In this document: piece by piece, positions 38,131 to 50,416 of the stretch | Layout of the letters: each line of letters begins with the position of its first letter | How positions within the stretch are numbered: the stretch's first letter is position 1 | Assembly: GCF_004010195.1 (NCBI RefSeq) | Contig: NC_057718.1 | Span: 9,364,826-9,420,152 of the forward strand | Source of the DNA: Chiloscyllium plagiosum | Taxonomy: Eukaryota | Direction of reading: 5' to 3' | DNA: 55,327 bases | Position numbers and translations under genes: made by a program | The notes under the pieces: model-generated | Database searches by the model: none | Told to the model about the DNA's origin: nothing | What the model saw: the letters and a program-made list of their open reading frames with translations, nothing else

Positions 38131-39349
38131 GTTAATCTTTTTGTCAAGAAATTTGTTTTCAGTGCTGTTGACAACATAGCCTTAAGTAGACTGGTGTTTT
38201 GCATCGAGTTACTATGTAACTTCTAGGAGTGGGGGAGGGGATATAGTGGCTCTGGGAGGGGCACAAAAAAGCAAGAGAAGCAAATGGGATTCGTCCAATC
38301 AAATCAGGATCACAAAAAGGCATTTCAACTGAACCATTTTCTAGCTTTTTTTTCAATCAGCCTTTATTTTGTTTGCTTAGCTTTAACAATTGGGAGGTGA
38401 AGTGCGGGTTAAGAATATATCATGCCCCTCCAGCCCTCCCAACTCACTAGCTTCTGTTGGAGAGAGGTGTCTGTGTTGTAAAGGCACCGTTCACTGCCAC
38501 CTCTTCATCTCTTGAGATGGCATTCTTCCTCTGAATGGCTTCAGGGTGAAATCTCTCCACGTGGCCTTATTAACATGTTCGGGGGTGGGGGAGACCGCTA
38601 ACTGGTAACAGGACAATCTGCCAAACAGGAAGAGCCTTGTAATCCCTTTTGTCTGTTCATGCGATCGTTTGAACCTCTGTTCTGTGTATGTTCTTGTCTT
38701 TTGCTTTTTATCTATTTATGGAGGGAGGAGAGATGTGTGAATGAAGGGATACATCTATGTCTCCTTCGGTACCTCTATCCAAATATCTGTGTGTTCTCCG
38801 TCATGGTGCCTGTATCTTTGTATGCTAATTATTTCTGGGGTTTTTTTTTGTAATTTCTGTCTAACCATCTGTGTGTCTCTTTGTAGTTGAGGGCTGTGTG
38901 TGTTTTGCTGCTTTTCACAATCTGTCTTTGTGTTTGTGTGACTTGTTCTTCGTGTCTGTCTCTCTCTCGTCTCCTATTCAGTGTGTTTGTGTGTGTGTGT
39001 GTCTCTCGCTCTCTATCTACACTTCTGTCTGTCCTGTTCTCAATCTGTGTGCCTCTGCTTATGTTAAAGGAGTGTGAAACAGTTTTACATGCACAATGGC
39101 TGGTTGAAAAAGTTGCAGAAACTGCAGCCAGTCGCTGTTTGGATTGAGCTCTGGAGAGGAAGGGTGGTGGGACAGCGAGTTCTGGATTTGATGTCTTAGT
39201 GCAGCTTCTCTCACTGTCCTGTGATTACTGAAGTACAAAGATGGTGTCTGTAGGTTGGGTTGGGCTGCTGACATGGTGGAGTGGTAAGGGGCATCTGATT
39301 ACACAGACTGTTAAATCTGAAACTTGTGACACAAACTAGGAGGTTTAAA

Positions 39350-40000
39350 TGGAAAGTTATAGAGCCATACAGCACAGAAATAAACATTTGTCAACGCCAT
39401 CCAGCCATCCCAACCTGACCTACTCCCATTTGCCAGTATTTGACCCATATCCCTCTAAACCCTTTCTACTCATATACCCATCCAGATGTCTTTTAAATGT
39501 TATTGTACCCACTTCCACCACCTCCTCTGGCAGCTTGTTCCATACACACACCACCCTCTGTGAAAAAGTTGCCCCTTTTCAAATTTTTCCATTCTGAAAC
39601 CTATGCTGTCTAGTTTTGAACTTCCCCACCCCTGAGAAAATGGGAAAAAACCCCAGAAATAATTAGCATACAAAGATACAGGCACCATGACGGACCTCTG
39701 TGAAAAAGTTGCCCCTTTTCAAATTTTTCCATTCTGAAACCTATGCTCTCTAGTTTTGAACTTCCCCACCCCAGAGAAAAGACCTTGTCAATTTACCCTA
39801 TCCATGCCCCTCATGATTTTATAAACCTCTACAAGGTCACCCCTCAGCCTCCGACACTCCAGGGAAAATGTGACCAGACTATTCAACCTCTCCCTATAGC
39901 TGAAATCTCCAATCCTGGCAACATGCTTGTAAATCATTCCTAAGTTTAACAATGGCCTTCCAAAATAATGTCAATCAGAATTGTATGCAGTATTGTAGAA
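39350..40000 (-). mobile_element. CR1 3' fragment with internal duplication and templated insert
   Basis: CR1 homology; duplication 39555-39640 / 39695-39780. Confidence 0.8.
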
Positions 40001-40885
40001 GTGTCTTTAAATTCTGATCTTAAATTTTTTTATTCTCCTATTGGGTAAACCAATGATTCCTGTCAGAAGTCTTGGTATTGTCTCTCTCAGGAGCTGAAGC
40101 AGTCTGCTTAAGGCATTGAGGTACTTGCCAGCTGTTTTAGATTTCTCAAGAACAACCAGTGGGTGCTGCATTTAAACCAGCAACTGCATTAAACATAGAA
40201 GAGAATGTGACAGTTTGGGCAGAACACTTAAAAAATTACCTGTTAGGAATATTATCCAATGCTGAGGAGAATGCTGTCTTATTTCACCTTCTCCACATTT
40301 CCCAAAAACAAGTTAAAGGAAGAATTCACAGACTGCAACAGAAAATCCCTTCTGTAATCCTTAACCATCTCTTTTATACCGCCTGGTCCTAGATGCTAGA
40401 CAACAAGGTGTGATGAACGTGCAAACCAATGTCATGAAGCTTGGACAGAGCTCCAGACACCCCCAACCCTCCCAGCTCCGATATCCCATTGGGTATTATC
40501 CCAAAATTCCAATCCAGTTTGCCATTTGCTGAGATTGTGGGAGTGAAAGTCCTCACCTCCTGACCTGTTAGTGAGATACATTGATGCTTAAGAGCATGGC
40601 TTCTGTCCTCAAATACTCCACCCTCTATCCATGTGTATGATTTGGGTACTGCATGATGCCAGTCCACTTTTGGTGCACTTCCTGGTTAGCTAGTGCACAA
40701 TGGACAGAGACTCAGCTATGTCTGCCTAGGAATTATTCCTGATGTCACACATCCATCTGCCCTTATTGCAGAATTGTTATGGTGCAAAGTAGGCTATTCT
40801 GGCCATCATGCCTGCACCGATTCTGTCATCGGCTGTCAATCTCCTGCTTTCCCCCAAATCCCTGCACACCATTTCTGCCTGTTCG

Positions 40886-41200
40886 ATTAGATTCCCTACA
40901 GTGTGGAAACAGACCCTTCAGGCCCAACAAGTCCACACTGACCCTCCCGAAGAGCAACCCACCCAGAACCATTCCCCCCTGATTAATGCACCTAACTCTA
41001 TGGGACAATTTAGCATGGCCAATTCACCTCACGTGCACATCTTTGGACTGTGGGAGGAAACCAGAGCACCCGGAGGAAACCCACGCAGACATGGGGGAGA
41101 ATGTGAAAACTCCACACAGACAGTTGCCTGAGGTGGGAATCGAACCCTTAACCCTGGTGCTGTGAGGCAGCAGTGCTAACCACTGAGCCACCATGCCGCC
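40886..41200 (-). mobile_element. Full-length HE1-like V-SINE
   Basis: Reverse complement of the 47701-48016 family; head ggcggcatggtggctcagtggttagcactgctgcctcacagc. Confidence 0.9.
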
Positions 41201-41204
41201 TTAA

Positions 41205-41830
41205 ATACATATCCAATTCCCTCTTGAATACCTCAGTTGAACCTGCTTTCATCACATTTCCAGGCAGTGCATTTCAGACCCTAACCACTTGCTGTGTGAA
41301 AAAGATGCTTTTCTCACAAAACCCTTGCTTCATTTGCATATCACTTTAAAGCTATGCCCTCTCACTCTTATTTTTTACCAATGGGAAGAATTTCTACTTA
41401 TCTATCCAGCCTTCTCATGATTTTGAAAATCTCTCTATCAAATCTCTCCAGCTTCTCTCCCAAGGAGAATAGTCCCAACTCCTTCAATAGCCCTTAGAAT
41501 TGAAGTTTCTCATTCCTGCAACCATTCTTGTAAATTGCTTCTATATGGCCTCTAATGCTTTTCCTACAATCTGGCATCCACAACTGAACACAATACTCCA
41601 GCTGAGATCTAACAAGTGTCTCATACAAGTTCAACATCATCTCCCTGCTCTGTGCTTCTTTTCATTAGGCTGAGAATGCTGTATACTCTACCAGCTGCAC
41701 CCAAACACCTTTCCGCTTGGTCTCCCTGAGAATTGTACACCCTATTTTGTATTGTCTTTCAATGTTCTTCCAACCAAACTGCACCACCTCCCACTTCATT
41801 GCATTGAACCACAGTTGTCCATTCCGCTAA
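41205..41830 (-). mobile_element. Older CR1 fragment
   Basis: Degenerate CR1 ORF2 C-terminal homology. Confidence 0.65.
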
Positions 41831-42797
41831 TTTGTTAATGCTATCTGCAGTGTTAGAGAGAGGGCTAGATTAAAGTGGTGGATATCCAGTCCCTCTACAC
41901 CTCCAACCACCATGACCAGGGCCTCCAAGCCCTCCGTTTCTTCCTCTCCTGACGTCCCCAACAGTATCCTTCCGCCGACACTCTCATTCGTTTGGCTGAA
42001 CTGGTCCTCACCCTTAATAATTTCTCCTTCGAATCCTCCCACTTCCTCCAGACCAAAGGGGTAGCCATAGTCACCCATAAGGACCCAGCTATGCCTGTCT
42101 CTTTGTTGGCTATGTAGAACAGTTGATCTTCCGTAATCACACCGGCACCACTCCCCACCTCTTCCTCCGCTACATTGATGACTGCATTGGCGCCACCTTG
42201 TGCTCCCGTGAGGAGGTTGAGCAATTCATCAACTTCACCAACACATTCCACCCTGACCTTAAATTTACCTGGACCATCTCTGACACCTCCCTCCCCTTCC
42301 TGGAACTCTCCATCTCCATTAATGATGACCGATTTGACACTGACATTTTTTACAAACCCACCGACTCCCACAGATACCTGGATTACGCCTCTTCCCACCC
42401 TACCTCCTGCAAAAATGCCATCCTGTATTCCCAATTCCTCCGCCTCTGCCGTATCTGCTCCCAAGAGGACCAGTTCCACCACAGAACACACCAGATGGCC
42501 TCCTTCTTTAGAGACCGCAATTTCCCTGCCCACGTGGTTAAAGATGCCCTCAACGCATCTCGTCCACATCCTGCACCTCTGCCCTCAGACCCCACCCCTC
42601 CAACCGTAACAAAGACAGAACGCCTCTGGTGCTAACCTTCCACACTACCAATCTTCGCATAAACCGAATCATCCACTGACATTTCCGCCACCTCCAAACG
42701 GACCCCACCACCAGGGATATATTTCCCTCCCCACCCCTTTCTGCCTTCCGCAAAGACTGTTCCCTCCGTGACTACCTGATCAGGTCCACGCCCCCCA

Positions 42798-43217
42798 NNN
42801 NNNNNNNNNNNNNNNNNNNNNNNNNNNNNNNNNNNNNNNNNNNNNNNNNNNNNNNNNNNNNNNNNNNNNNNNNNNNNNNNNNNNNNNNNNNNNNNNNNNN
42901 NNNNNNNNNNNNNNNNNNNNNNNNNNNNNNNNNNNNNNNNNNNNNNNNNNNNNNNNNNNNNNNNNNNNNNNNNNNNNNNNNNNNNNNNNNNNNNNNNNNN
43001 NNNNNNNNNNNNNNNNNNNNNNNNNNNNNNNNNNNNNNNNNNNNNNNNNNNNNNNNNNNNNNNNNNNNNNNNNNNNNNNNNNNNNNNNNNNNNNNNNNNN
43101 NNNNNNNNNNNNNNNNNNNNNNNNNNNNNNNNNNNNNNNNNNNNNNNNNNNNNNNNNNNNNNNNNNNNNNNNNNNNNNNNNNNNNNNNNNNNNNNNNNNN
43201 NNNNNNNNNNNNNNNNN
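42798..43217. other. Assembly gap
   Basis: Run of N. Confidence 1.
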
Positions 43218-43243
43218 ACGCTGCAGGCACCCTGCCTCTATTC

Positions 43244-43271
43244 CTGTTGAAGGGCTTTTGCTCGAAACGTT
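43244..43271 (+). ncRNA. Degenerate hammerhead core at the Penelope 3' terminus
   Basis: CUG(U)UGA-A-GGGC-UUUU-GCUC-GAAA-CGUU, with one substitution in the core. Confidence 0.5.
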
Positions 43272-43381
43272 GATTTTCCTGTTCCTTGGATGCTGCCTGA
43301 ACTACTGTGCTTTTTCAGCACCACTCTGATCTAGACTCTGGTTTCCAGCATCTGCAGTCATTGTTTTTAGAGGGCTAACTG

Positions 43382-43382
<1 letters not shown>

Positions 43383-43413
<31 letters not shown>
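43383..43413. repeat. (TG)n microsatellite
   Basis: Pure TG run. Confidence 0.95.
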
Positions 43414-43414
<1 letters not shown>

Positions 43415-43802
43415 GCAAGGGTGCGATTCTGCCTGGAACCCCGTAAACTACGCCTGCAGTCCTGGAGTCTTCACGTCATTTGATGCCTGCATAGGTGTTA
43501 CAGCAATGTTACAGGCAGCTTTTTTACATCAAACTGTTGAGGTGTTGCCCTCTTCATTGAAGGGAATGGGAATTCTGAATACATCAATAGGATGTCAATT
43601 GATCAGGTGGGATTCCATTAATTTTAAACCAGGAATTCAAACAATGAGAAATAGGCACATGCATTTTATACCCAACAGCCAAAGCATGAATTGCCTATTC
43701 ACCTCACCTAATCTTGAATTTTTGATGTGCTTTACCAATTGCTGGACCATTGGGACAAAGGTTTGAATCCTGACCACATTCACTTACCATCCATCTTGCA
43801 TT

Positions 43803-44310
43803 CATAGAGTCATACAGCATGGAAACAGACCCTTCATTCTAACTCGTCCATGCTGACCAGATTTCCTAAACTGAGCTATTCCCGTTTGCTTAGGAGAAAG
43901 TGAGGATTGCAGATGCTGGAGATCAGAGTCCAGAGTGAGGCGCTGGAAAAGCACAGCAGGTCAGCCAGCATCTGAGGAGCAGGAGGATCGACGTTTCGGG
44001 CATAAGCCCTTCATCAGGAATGGTGAAGCTGTGTTTTTCCAGCATCACACTATTCCCATTTGCCTGTTTGGTCCATATCCTTCTAAACCCTTCCTATTCA
44101 TGTATCGTCCAAACGTGTTTTAAATGTTGCAATTGTACCCACCTCTACCAACTCTTCTGGCAGCTCATTCCATGCACGTACCATCTTCTGTGTGAAAAAG
44201 CTGCCCTTGTGGACCCTTTTCCATCTTTTCCCTCTCACCTTAAACCTATGCCCTCTGGTTTTGGACTCTCCTTTCCTGGGAAAAAGACCTTGACTATCCA
44301 CCTTCTCTAT
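43803..44310 (-). mobile_element. CR1 3' fragment with PLE family A insertion (43890-44049)
   Basis: KGESKTRGHRFKVRG...WNELPEELVE; TSD ctattccc(g/a)tttgc at 43876-43889 and 44050-44063. Confidence 0.85.
43990..44017 (-). ncRNA. Minimal hammerhead ribozyme core (family A, intact core)
   Basis: Minus strand reads CUGAUGA-A-GGGC-UUAU-GCCC-GAAA-CGUC. Confidence 0.68.
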
Positions 44311-44444
44311 GAGATATGAGGGTAGCCGCTGACTCTTAAAAAAAGAAGAAAGGCAACTTAAGGTTGGGGTAGCCAAACAAATGGCACAAATGTTCAAGAG
44401 ATGAAAGTCAGATGGGCACGTGGCCAGAATTGGAAGGGGACCAA

Positions 44445-44640
44445 TCCAAAGATCTGCAGGTTAGGTGAATTGGTCATATTAAATTGCCCATGTGTTCAGG
44501 GATGTGTTGGTTAGGTGCATTAGTCAGGGATAAATATAGAGTAATAGAGTAGGGGAATGGGTCTGGGTGGGTTAGTCTTCGGAAGGTCGGTGTGGATTTG
44601 TTGGGCCGAATGGTCTGTTTCTACACTGTAGGGACTCTAA
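44445..44640 (+). mobile_element. HE1-like SINE 3' half
   Basis: V-domain and CR1-like tail. Confidence 0.75.
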
Positions 44641-45827
44641 ACAAAAAGGGCAGGGATTTTGATATGTTGGAGAAGTGTTCGCGAGGAGTGGGGGAGATGC
44701 TATTGAGAGGTTTGAGTCTATCTCCTGAAGCGAATACCATGGGAGCCATGCCATTGGGTATGGGGAGATGGTGGGAGGTTGGAAATGCCTCATCTGTGTC
44801 TTCAGGCAAATCTTGAGGCCAACTTTTGTTAAGCTTGGGTAAAGCACTCTGACCAATCAGAGCCTAATTTTTAGAATATTGAAATTGAGTCATGAGCAAA
44901 TTTACCTCAGCTTTGCAACTGTCTACCTTCAGTAAAAGGAAGCGTTGCGTGTCGCGCTGCATATTTACAGACTCCCACCTCTCCTCAGAGACCCAACTGG
45001 TTAGACGTTAAGCTGGCAGTAGCAGTCACATCTCTTTATTTGATTAGATTTTAAATCTGACCTTTTACGTGACTTTTTTTGGTAACTATGCAGATCCAAT
45101 AAGCAAATTTCACAAATACAGTCACCACCAAGGTTAATTTGTCATTCTGCCTGGCAGCTCAGTTTGTGTTAAATAAAACTGTATATGATGGCACTTTCTC
45201 TACTTTTGCAAGCAACACGATGTCCTGGTAGAACTGAATGTCACCAACGTGACTGAGATTTGACCCATTTCTTGTTACTGGGGCAGGTCACTGACAATAG
45301 AGAGTTGGCTGTGTGTCTGATTTTAAATTGGCATTCGTGATTCTTGTCAAATTTCTCTGTGGTTGCCTACTCTATAAACACATGCTTCATGGTTTCGGAG
45401 AATGAAATATCCTCTCCCAGTTCCTTGCACTTCCAAGGGTTTTGATTACATCTGGGTTATGACTACCCAGGAGCTGTCTTCTTTTCCCTTTCCCACTCCT
45501 TTTTCCACTCTGTCACCCAAGTGAGCTTCATTGACCAGGCTGTTTGGCAATGGGAGGCATCACAACAGAGCCCCCAACCTATCTGCATAGGTATGCTTCC
45601 CATCAAATGTTTACTGGAGAGCAATAAGGGCCAAGTGAAGGGAATGTGGCCAAAGTTTTCACCTCAAATTGACTTCCACTTCTAATCTGATCCTGATGTG
45701 CATTTCCATTGACCTATCCATGCTATCACTAACTTGCCTTTTTTTACCTGATTGACATTGTTTGCCCTTGCTACCTCTATCCCATAGAATCACATAGAAT
45801 GTAGCAATACTGGGAAAGATCTTAGCG

Positions 45828-45975
45828 AGTTTTGAGAAGATTTGTAGCTCAGGTTGAGGTTCTGGATGTAGGTTTGCTCGCTGAGCTGGAAAGTTCATTT
45901 CCAGACGTTTCGTCACCCTACTAGGTAATGTCCTCAGTGGGCCTCCGGGTGAAGCACTGCTGATAATTCCTGCTT
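45828..45975 (-). mobile_element. PLE-terminus fragment (family D)
   Basis: gaagatttgtagctcaggttgaggttctggatgtaggtttgctcgctgagctgg..., containing a hammerhead-like core. Confidence 0.6.
45901..45940 (-). ncRNA. Type I hammerhead ribozyme motif (family D)
   Basis: Minus strand reads CCA-CUGAGGA-CAUUACC-UAGUAG-GGUGAC-GAAA-CGUC-UGG; stem I CCA/UGG closes the motif. Confidence 0.65.
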
Positions 45976-46039
45976 TATATGTTTGGTGAATATAAGATTT
46001 AATGTATGGCACTGGAAATGCAGGGGATATGCTTACCAT

Positions 46040-47005
46040 AGTGTCATATAGATATGCAGCACAGAAACACACTCTTCAGTCTAACTGACCCATGCCGACC
46101 AGATATCCTAAATTAATCTAGTCCCATTTGCCAGCATGTAGCCCATATCCCTCCAAACCCTTCCTATTCATATACCCATCCAAATGCCTTTTAAATGTTG
46201 CAATTGTACCAGCCTCCACCATTTCCTCTGGCAGCTCATTCCATACATACCACCCTCTGCGTGGAGAAAGTGAGGTCTGCAGATGCTGGAGATCAAAGTT
46301 GAAACTTTATTGCTGGAACAGCACAGCAGGTCAGGCAGCATCCAGGGAACAGGAGATNNNNNNNNNNNNNNNNNNNNNNNNNNNNNNNNNNNNNNNNNNN
46401 NNNNNNNNNNNNNNNNNNNNNNNNNNNNNNNNNNNNNNNNNNNNNNNNNNNNNNNNNNNNNNNNNNNNNNNNNNNNNNNNNNNNNNNNNNNNNNNNNNNN
46501 NNNNNNNNNNNNNNNNNNNNNNNNNNNNNNNNNNNNNNNNNNNNNNNNNNNNNNNNNNNNNNNNNNNNNNNNNNNNNNNNNNNNNNNNNNNNNNNNNNNN
46601 NNNNNNNNNNNNNNATATCCCTCCAAACCCTTCCTATTCATATACCCATCCAAATGCCTTTTAAATGTTGCAATTGTACCAGCCTCCACCATTTCCTCTG
46701 GCAGCTCATTCCATACATACCACCCTCTGTGTGAAAACGTTGCCCCTTAGGTCTCTTTTAAATCTTTCCCCTCTCATCCTATATCTATCCCCTATAGTTT
46801 TAGACTCCCCCTCCCCAGGAAACAGACCTTGTCTACTTATCCTATCCATGCCACTCAGGATTTTATAAACCTCTATGAGGTCACCCCTCAGCCTCCAACG
46901 CTCCAAGGAAAACAGCCCCAGCCTGTTCAGCCTCTCCCTATAGCTCAAGTCCTCCAATCCTGGCAAACATTCTTGTAAGTCTTTTCCTAAACCTTTCAAG
47001 TTTAA
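46040..47005 (-). mobile_element. CR1 3' fragment with PLE insertion (46263-46357) and gap
   Basis: LPGLEDLSYRERLNRLGLFSLERWRLRGDLIEVYKIL. Confidence 0.85.
46358..46614. other. Assembly gap
   Basis: Run of N. Confidence 1.
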
Positions 47006-47007
47006 CA

Positions 47008-47355
47008 AGAGGAGTCTGAGGGTTGACCTAATAAAGGATTTTTTTAGATTTTGGAAGGTTTTGTTAGAGTGGATACTGAGAAAATGCTTCCTCTTGTCAA
47101 GAAGAGAAGGACTAGAGACCATTAATACAAGACAGTCACCAAGAAATCCTTTAGGAACAAACCTTCTTTACCCAGAGAGTGGTGAGATTTTGGAACTCAC
47201 TACCACCAGGAGTGTTTGAAGGATTTCATTAAGGGATCAGAGGATTTATGTTGAGAAATCTAGATAAGAAAAAATGGGCGGAGGCTCAAGAGGAGCATAA
47301 ACACGAGCATGGACAGGTTGAGCTAAATGGCCTGTTTCTGTGTTGTGTGATTCTG
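47008..47355 (+). mobile_element. Older CR1 3' fragment
   Basis: CR1 3' end aaatggcctgtttctgtgttgt. Confidence 0.65.
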
Positions 47356-47700
47356 TGAGAAGCATAAGGAGGATACCGGAAAAATGATTCAGATTGTGGG
47401 GTAGCTATCCTATAAGGATCCAATTTGGTCAGCTCCTTTCTTGAATAGAGGTTTATCAGTGATGTAACTGGATTTTCTGCAGATTGTGAAGAGGTTTGAC
47501 AATGTTACTGTATGTTGAACAGTCTATTGTGATGAAGGGGACGTGAGGTGAAAAGATTATGAGAGTGAGAAAACAGACCAGATTTTCTGGAGAAATACAC
47601 TGTACAGTGTGATTTGGCATTGTCATGGATGTAGTTGCTTGGGGTTGAGGTGGCAGAAGCCATTAAAACCTGCACAACTGAAATCTTTGCAACTCTACAT

Positions 47701-48016
47701 GGGTGGCACGGTGGCACAGTGGTTAGCACTGCTGCCTCACAGCGCCAGAGACCCGGGTTCAATTCCCGCCTCAGGCGACTGACTGTGTGGAGTTTGCACG
47801 TTCTCCCTGTGTCTGCGTGGGTTTCCTCCGGGTGCTCCGGTTTCCTCCCACAGTCACAAAGATGTGCAGGTCAGGTGAATTGGCCATGCTAAATTGCCCA
47901 TAGTGTTAGGTGAAGGGGTAAATGTAGGGGTATGGGTGGGTTGCGCTTCGGCGGGTCGGTGTGGACTTGTTGGGCCGAAGGGCCTGTTTCCACACTGTAA
48001 TGTAATCTAATCTAAT
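47701..48016 (+). mobile_element. Full-length, young HE1-like V-SINE
   Basis: A-box tggcacagtgg, B-box ggttcaattcc, V-domain, CR1-derived tail ending (taatc)n; CpGs retained. Confidence 0.92.
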
Positions 48017-48307
48017 CATGTTGTAGAATAATCATTGTGATATAAAAGCAGTGATAATGTGGTCGAGAAGTGACTACTTGGATTCCCAGAGAGGGAAGGG
48101 TCGAAGGATATGATTGTTAGGGGTGGACCTTTTGAGTATTATGCTAAAAATCCCAAAGTTCTTTGTGTGTGAAGCCAAATGCTGAACACAGAGTGTGCTT
48201 TTGTGTTACTCCTCAGGGAGCCATGTTTAAATAACTCAGCTCCCCAAGCTTGGGATCTGTGTAGTCAGCTGGAAGTAAAATGTAAAAACAGCTGGGACTC
48301 TTTCAGG

Positions 48308-48840
48308 GGGCACTGGTGCAATGGTAAAGTCACTGGATTAATAATCCAGAACCACATGGACACATGAGTTCAAATTCTACCGGGGTAGATGGTGAAATTT
48401 GAATTTGATTAAAAGCCAGCTGTTTATGGTCATAAGAACCCACCTAGTTCACTCCTGCCCTTGAGGGAAGGAAATCTGTCATTCTTGACTATTCTCATCT
48501 ACTTTCAGATCCAGAGCAATGTGGTTGACACTCAACTGTCTGAAATTGCCTAGCAAGCCACTAGATAAATAATAGCTGAAAATGTGTTGCTGGAAAAGCG
48601 CAGCAGGTCAGGCAGCATCCAGGGAACAGGAGAATCGATGTTTCGGGCATAAGCCCTTCTTCAGGAATGAGGAAAGTGTGTCCAGCAGGCTAAGATAAAA
48701 GGTAGGGAGGAGGGACTTGGGGGAGGGGCGTCGGAAATGCAATAGGTGGAAAGAGGTCAAGGTGAGGGTGATAGGTCTAGATAAATATATGCTAATAAAA
48801 ACTGGCTAGTGACACGCACATTATATGAATGACTAAAAGA
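48308..48840 (+). mobile_element. Second-family SINE with a Penelope 3'-end insertion (48572-48776, -)
   Basis: 11-bp TSD ctagataaata (48561-48571, 48777-48787); hammerhead-like core at 48637-48664 (-). Confidence 0.7.
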
Positions 48841-49669
48841 TAATCAAATTCTGCTTTTAGTGTGACCGGATCACATGAAACACCTTTACTCTCATCAGCT
48901 TAACTCGCTCAGGAGCCCAGGATCATCTTGCAATGCAGAGATAACCCCTGGTTTCTTTTCTGTACGCCAGACCATAGTCCATCTCCCTAGCCCCACCACC
49001 CTCACCTCCAGCGGAAAGCACAAGGAGCTTATAGGTTTCTCTGTCACTCAGATTGAGATGCTCCAATCTGCTCCATCTTCCTTCTGCAGCCCATTGGAGC
49101 CAAACTCCCTCAAATGCAGCCCTTGCCCACCCTGACCCTGAACTTGTATCTTTCTGGCATTTGTCTCCCACCTCTCATTTTTGGGCCCACCTTATCCATC
49201 AACTCCCGCTCCCTTGACCCACCCTCCAGGCCCTCTCCCCAGGTACTGCAGCTCACTCCTGCTGCCAGGAGAGGTCAGGATCTGATCTGGAGTCAAGTTT
49301 ATGGATGGTCAAGAGACAAAGAGGAAGAACATGCCTTAACAACACCAGCCCAGGCCATTCATTTCTCTCTCATGTTTCTTCAATTATCTTTCAAATGAAT
49401 CCACACATCTTCGTTACTTCTCTGGCATTCACCTCAACCGTTCCTAATGATAGTGGGTTCTACATTCTTAGCAATCTCTCAGTAAACATGTTTCTCCCTA
49501 ACTCCTTAATGATTTATAGGGGAGTATATATTCATGGTGCCTATTGAACATATGATACTAAACATTAAAGGTGCCTATTGAACATACAGTGACATAAGTA
49601 CGTACAGTAACATGCATTCTATTATGAACAGAAGGTCAGTGAAATGATGTCACCTGCACCAACACCCAG

Positions 49670-49890
49670 AGTCACAGAGTCATAGAGCTATACAGCACGG
49701 AACCAGACCTTTCGGTCCAACCTCTCCATGCCAACCAGATATCCAAAATTCACGTGATCCCTTTTGCCAGCAATCGGCCCATATCCCGCTAAACCCTTCT
49801 TATTCATATACCCATCCAGACCCGTTTTAAATATTGTAATTGTACCAGCCTCCACCACTTCCTCTGGCAGCTCATTCCATACACGCACCA
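49670..49890 (-). mobile_element. CR1 3' fragment
   Basis: RVWNELPEEVVEAGTITIFKTGLDGYM and (ctatgact)n tail. Confidence 0.85.
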
Positions 49891-49892
49891 CA

Positions 49893-50416
49893 GAGAAGCA
49901 ACTGGCAGAGGTCTTCTCGGACATCTCAAACTCTCCCTGCAGCAGGCCACTGTCCCTGCCTGTTTCAGGAGGGCCAACATCATCCCTGTGCCTGAGAAGG
50001 CTCATTTAGCATGTCTCAATGGCTACCATCCAGTGGCTCTAACTTCAGTGATCATGAAGTGCTTTGAAAGGCTGGTCATGGCATTAATCAACTCCAGTCT
50101 CCCCACTACTCTTGACCCACTCCATTTTGCCTATCAGGCCAACTGATGCCATATCACTTGCCCTTCACTCCTCCCTAGAACATCTTGACACCAAGAACAG
50201 CTACGTAAGAATCCTACTCATTGACTACAGTTCGGCCTTCAACACTATTATCACCTCGAGACTGATTACTAAACTTCGTGATCTCAGACTAAGCCCCACT
50301 CTCTGCAATTGGATCCTCAGGTTCCCGACCCACAGGCCACAATCAGTGAAGGTTGGGCTCAATATTTCATCCCTACTAACACTCAACACTAGAGCCCCTC
50401 AGGGGTGCATACTCAG
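49893..50416 (+). mobile_element. Rex1/Babar RT fragment
   Basis: [36 protein letters not shown]...APQGCILS. Confidence 0.8.

Larger units (their letters stand above)
41879..43369 (+). mobile_element. Penelope-like retroelement (5'-truncated; RT, gap, 3' terminus)
   Basis: DIQSLYTS, QTKGVA, FLRYIDD and FYKPTDSHRYLDYASSHPTSCKNAILYSQFLRLCRICS are PLE RT and thumb motifs; frameshifted; a family A terminus follows the gap at 43218-43369. Confidence 0.88.

Noticed and set aside
40040..40880. Possible exon or old retroelement (ORFs 40159-40392 and 40389-40667)
   Set aside because: No motif I can assign with confidence; a tBLASTx or Dfam search would be needed
41895..42569. 224-aa antisense ORF
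   Set aside because: Antisense to the Penelope RT
42772..43230. ORFs spanning N runs (also 46128-46750)
   Set aside because: Artefacts of assembly gaps
47701..47770. tRNA gene
   Set aside because: The A/B boxes are the head of a SINE and run on into the V-domain and LINE-derived tail
49536..49586. Short direct repeat ggtgcctattgaacata (similar cases at about 5420-5447 and 8015-8040)
   Set aside because: Simple local slippage duplications with no further structure
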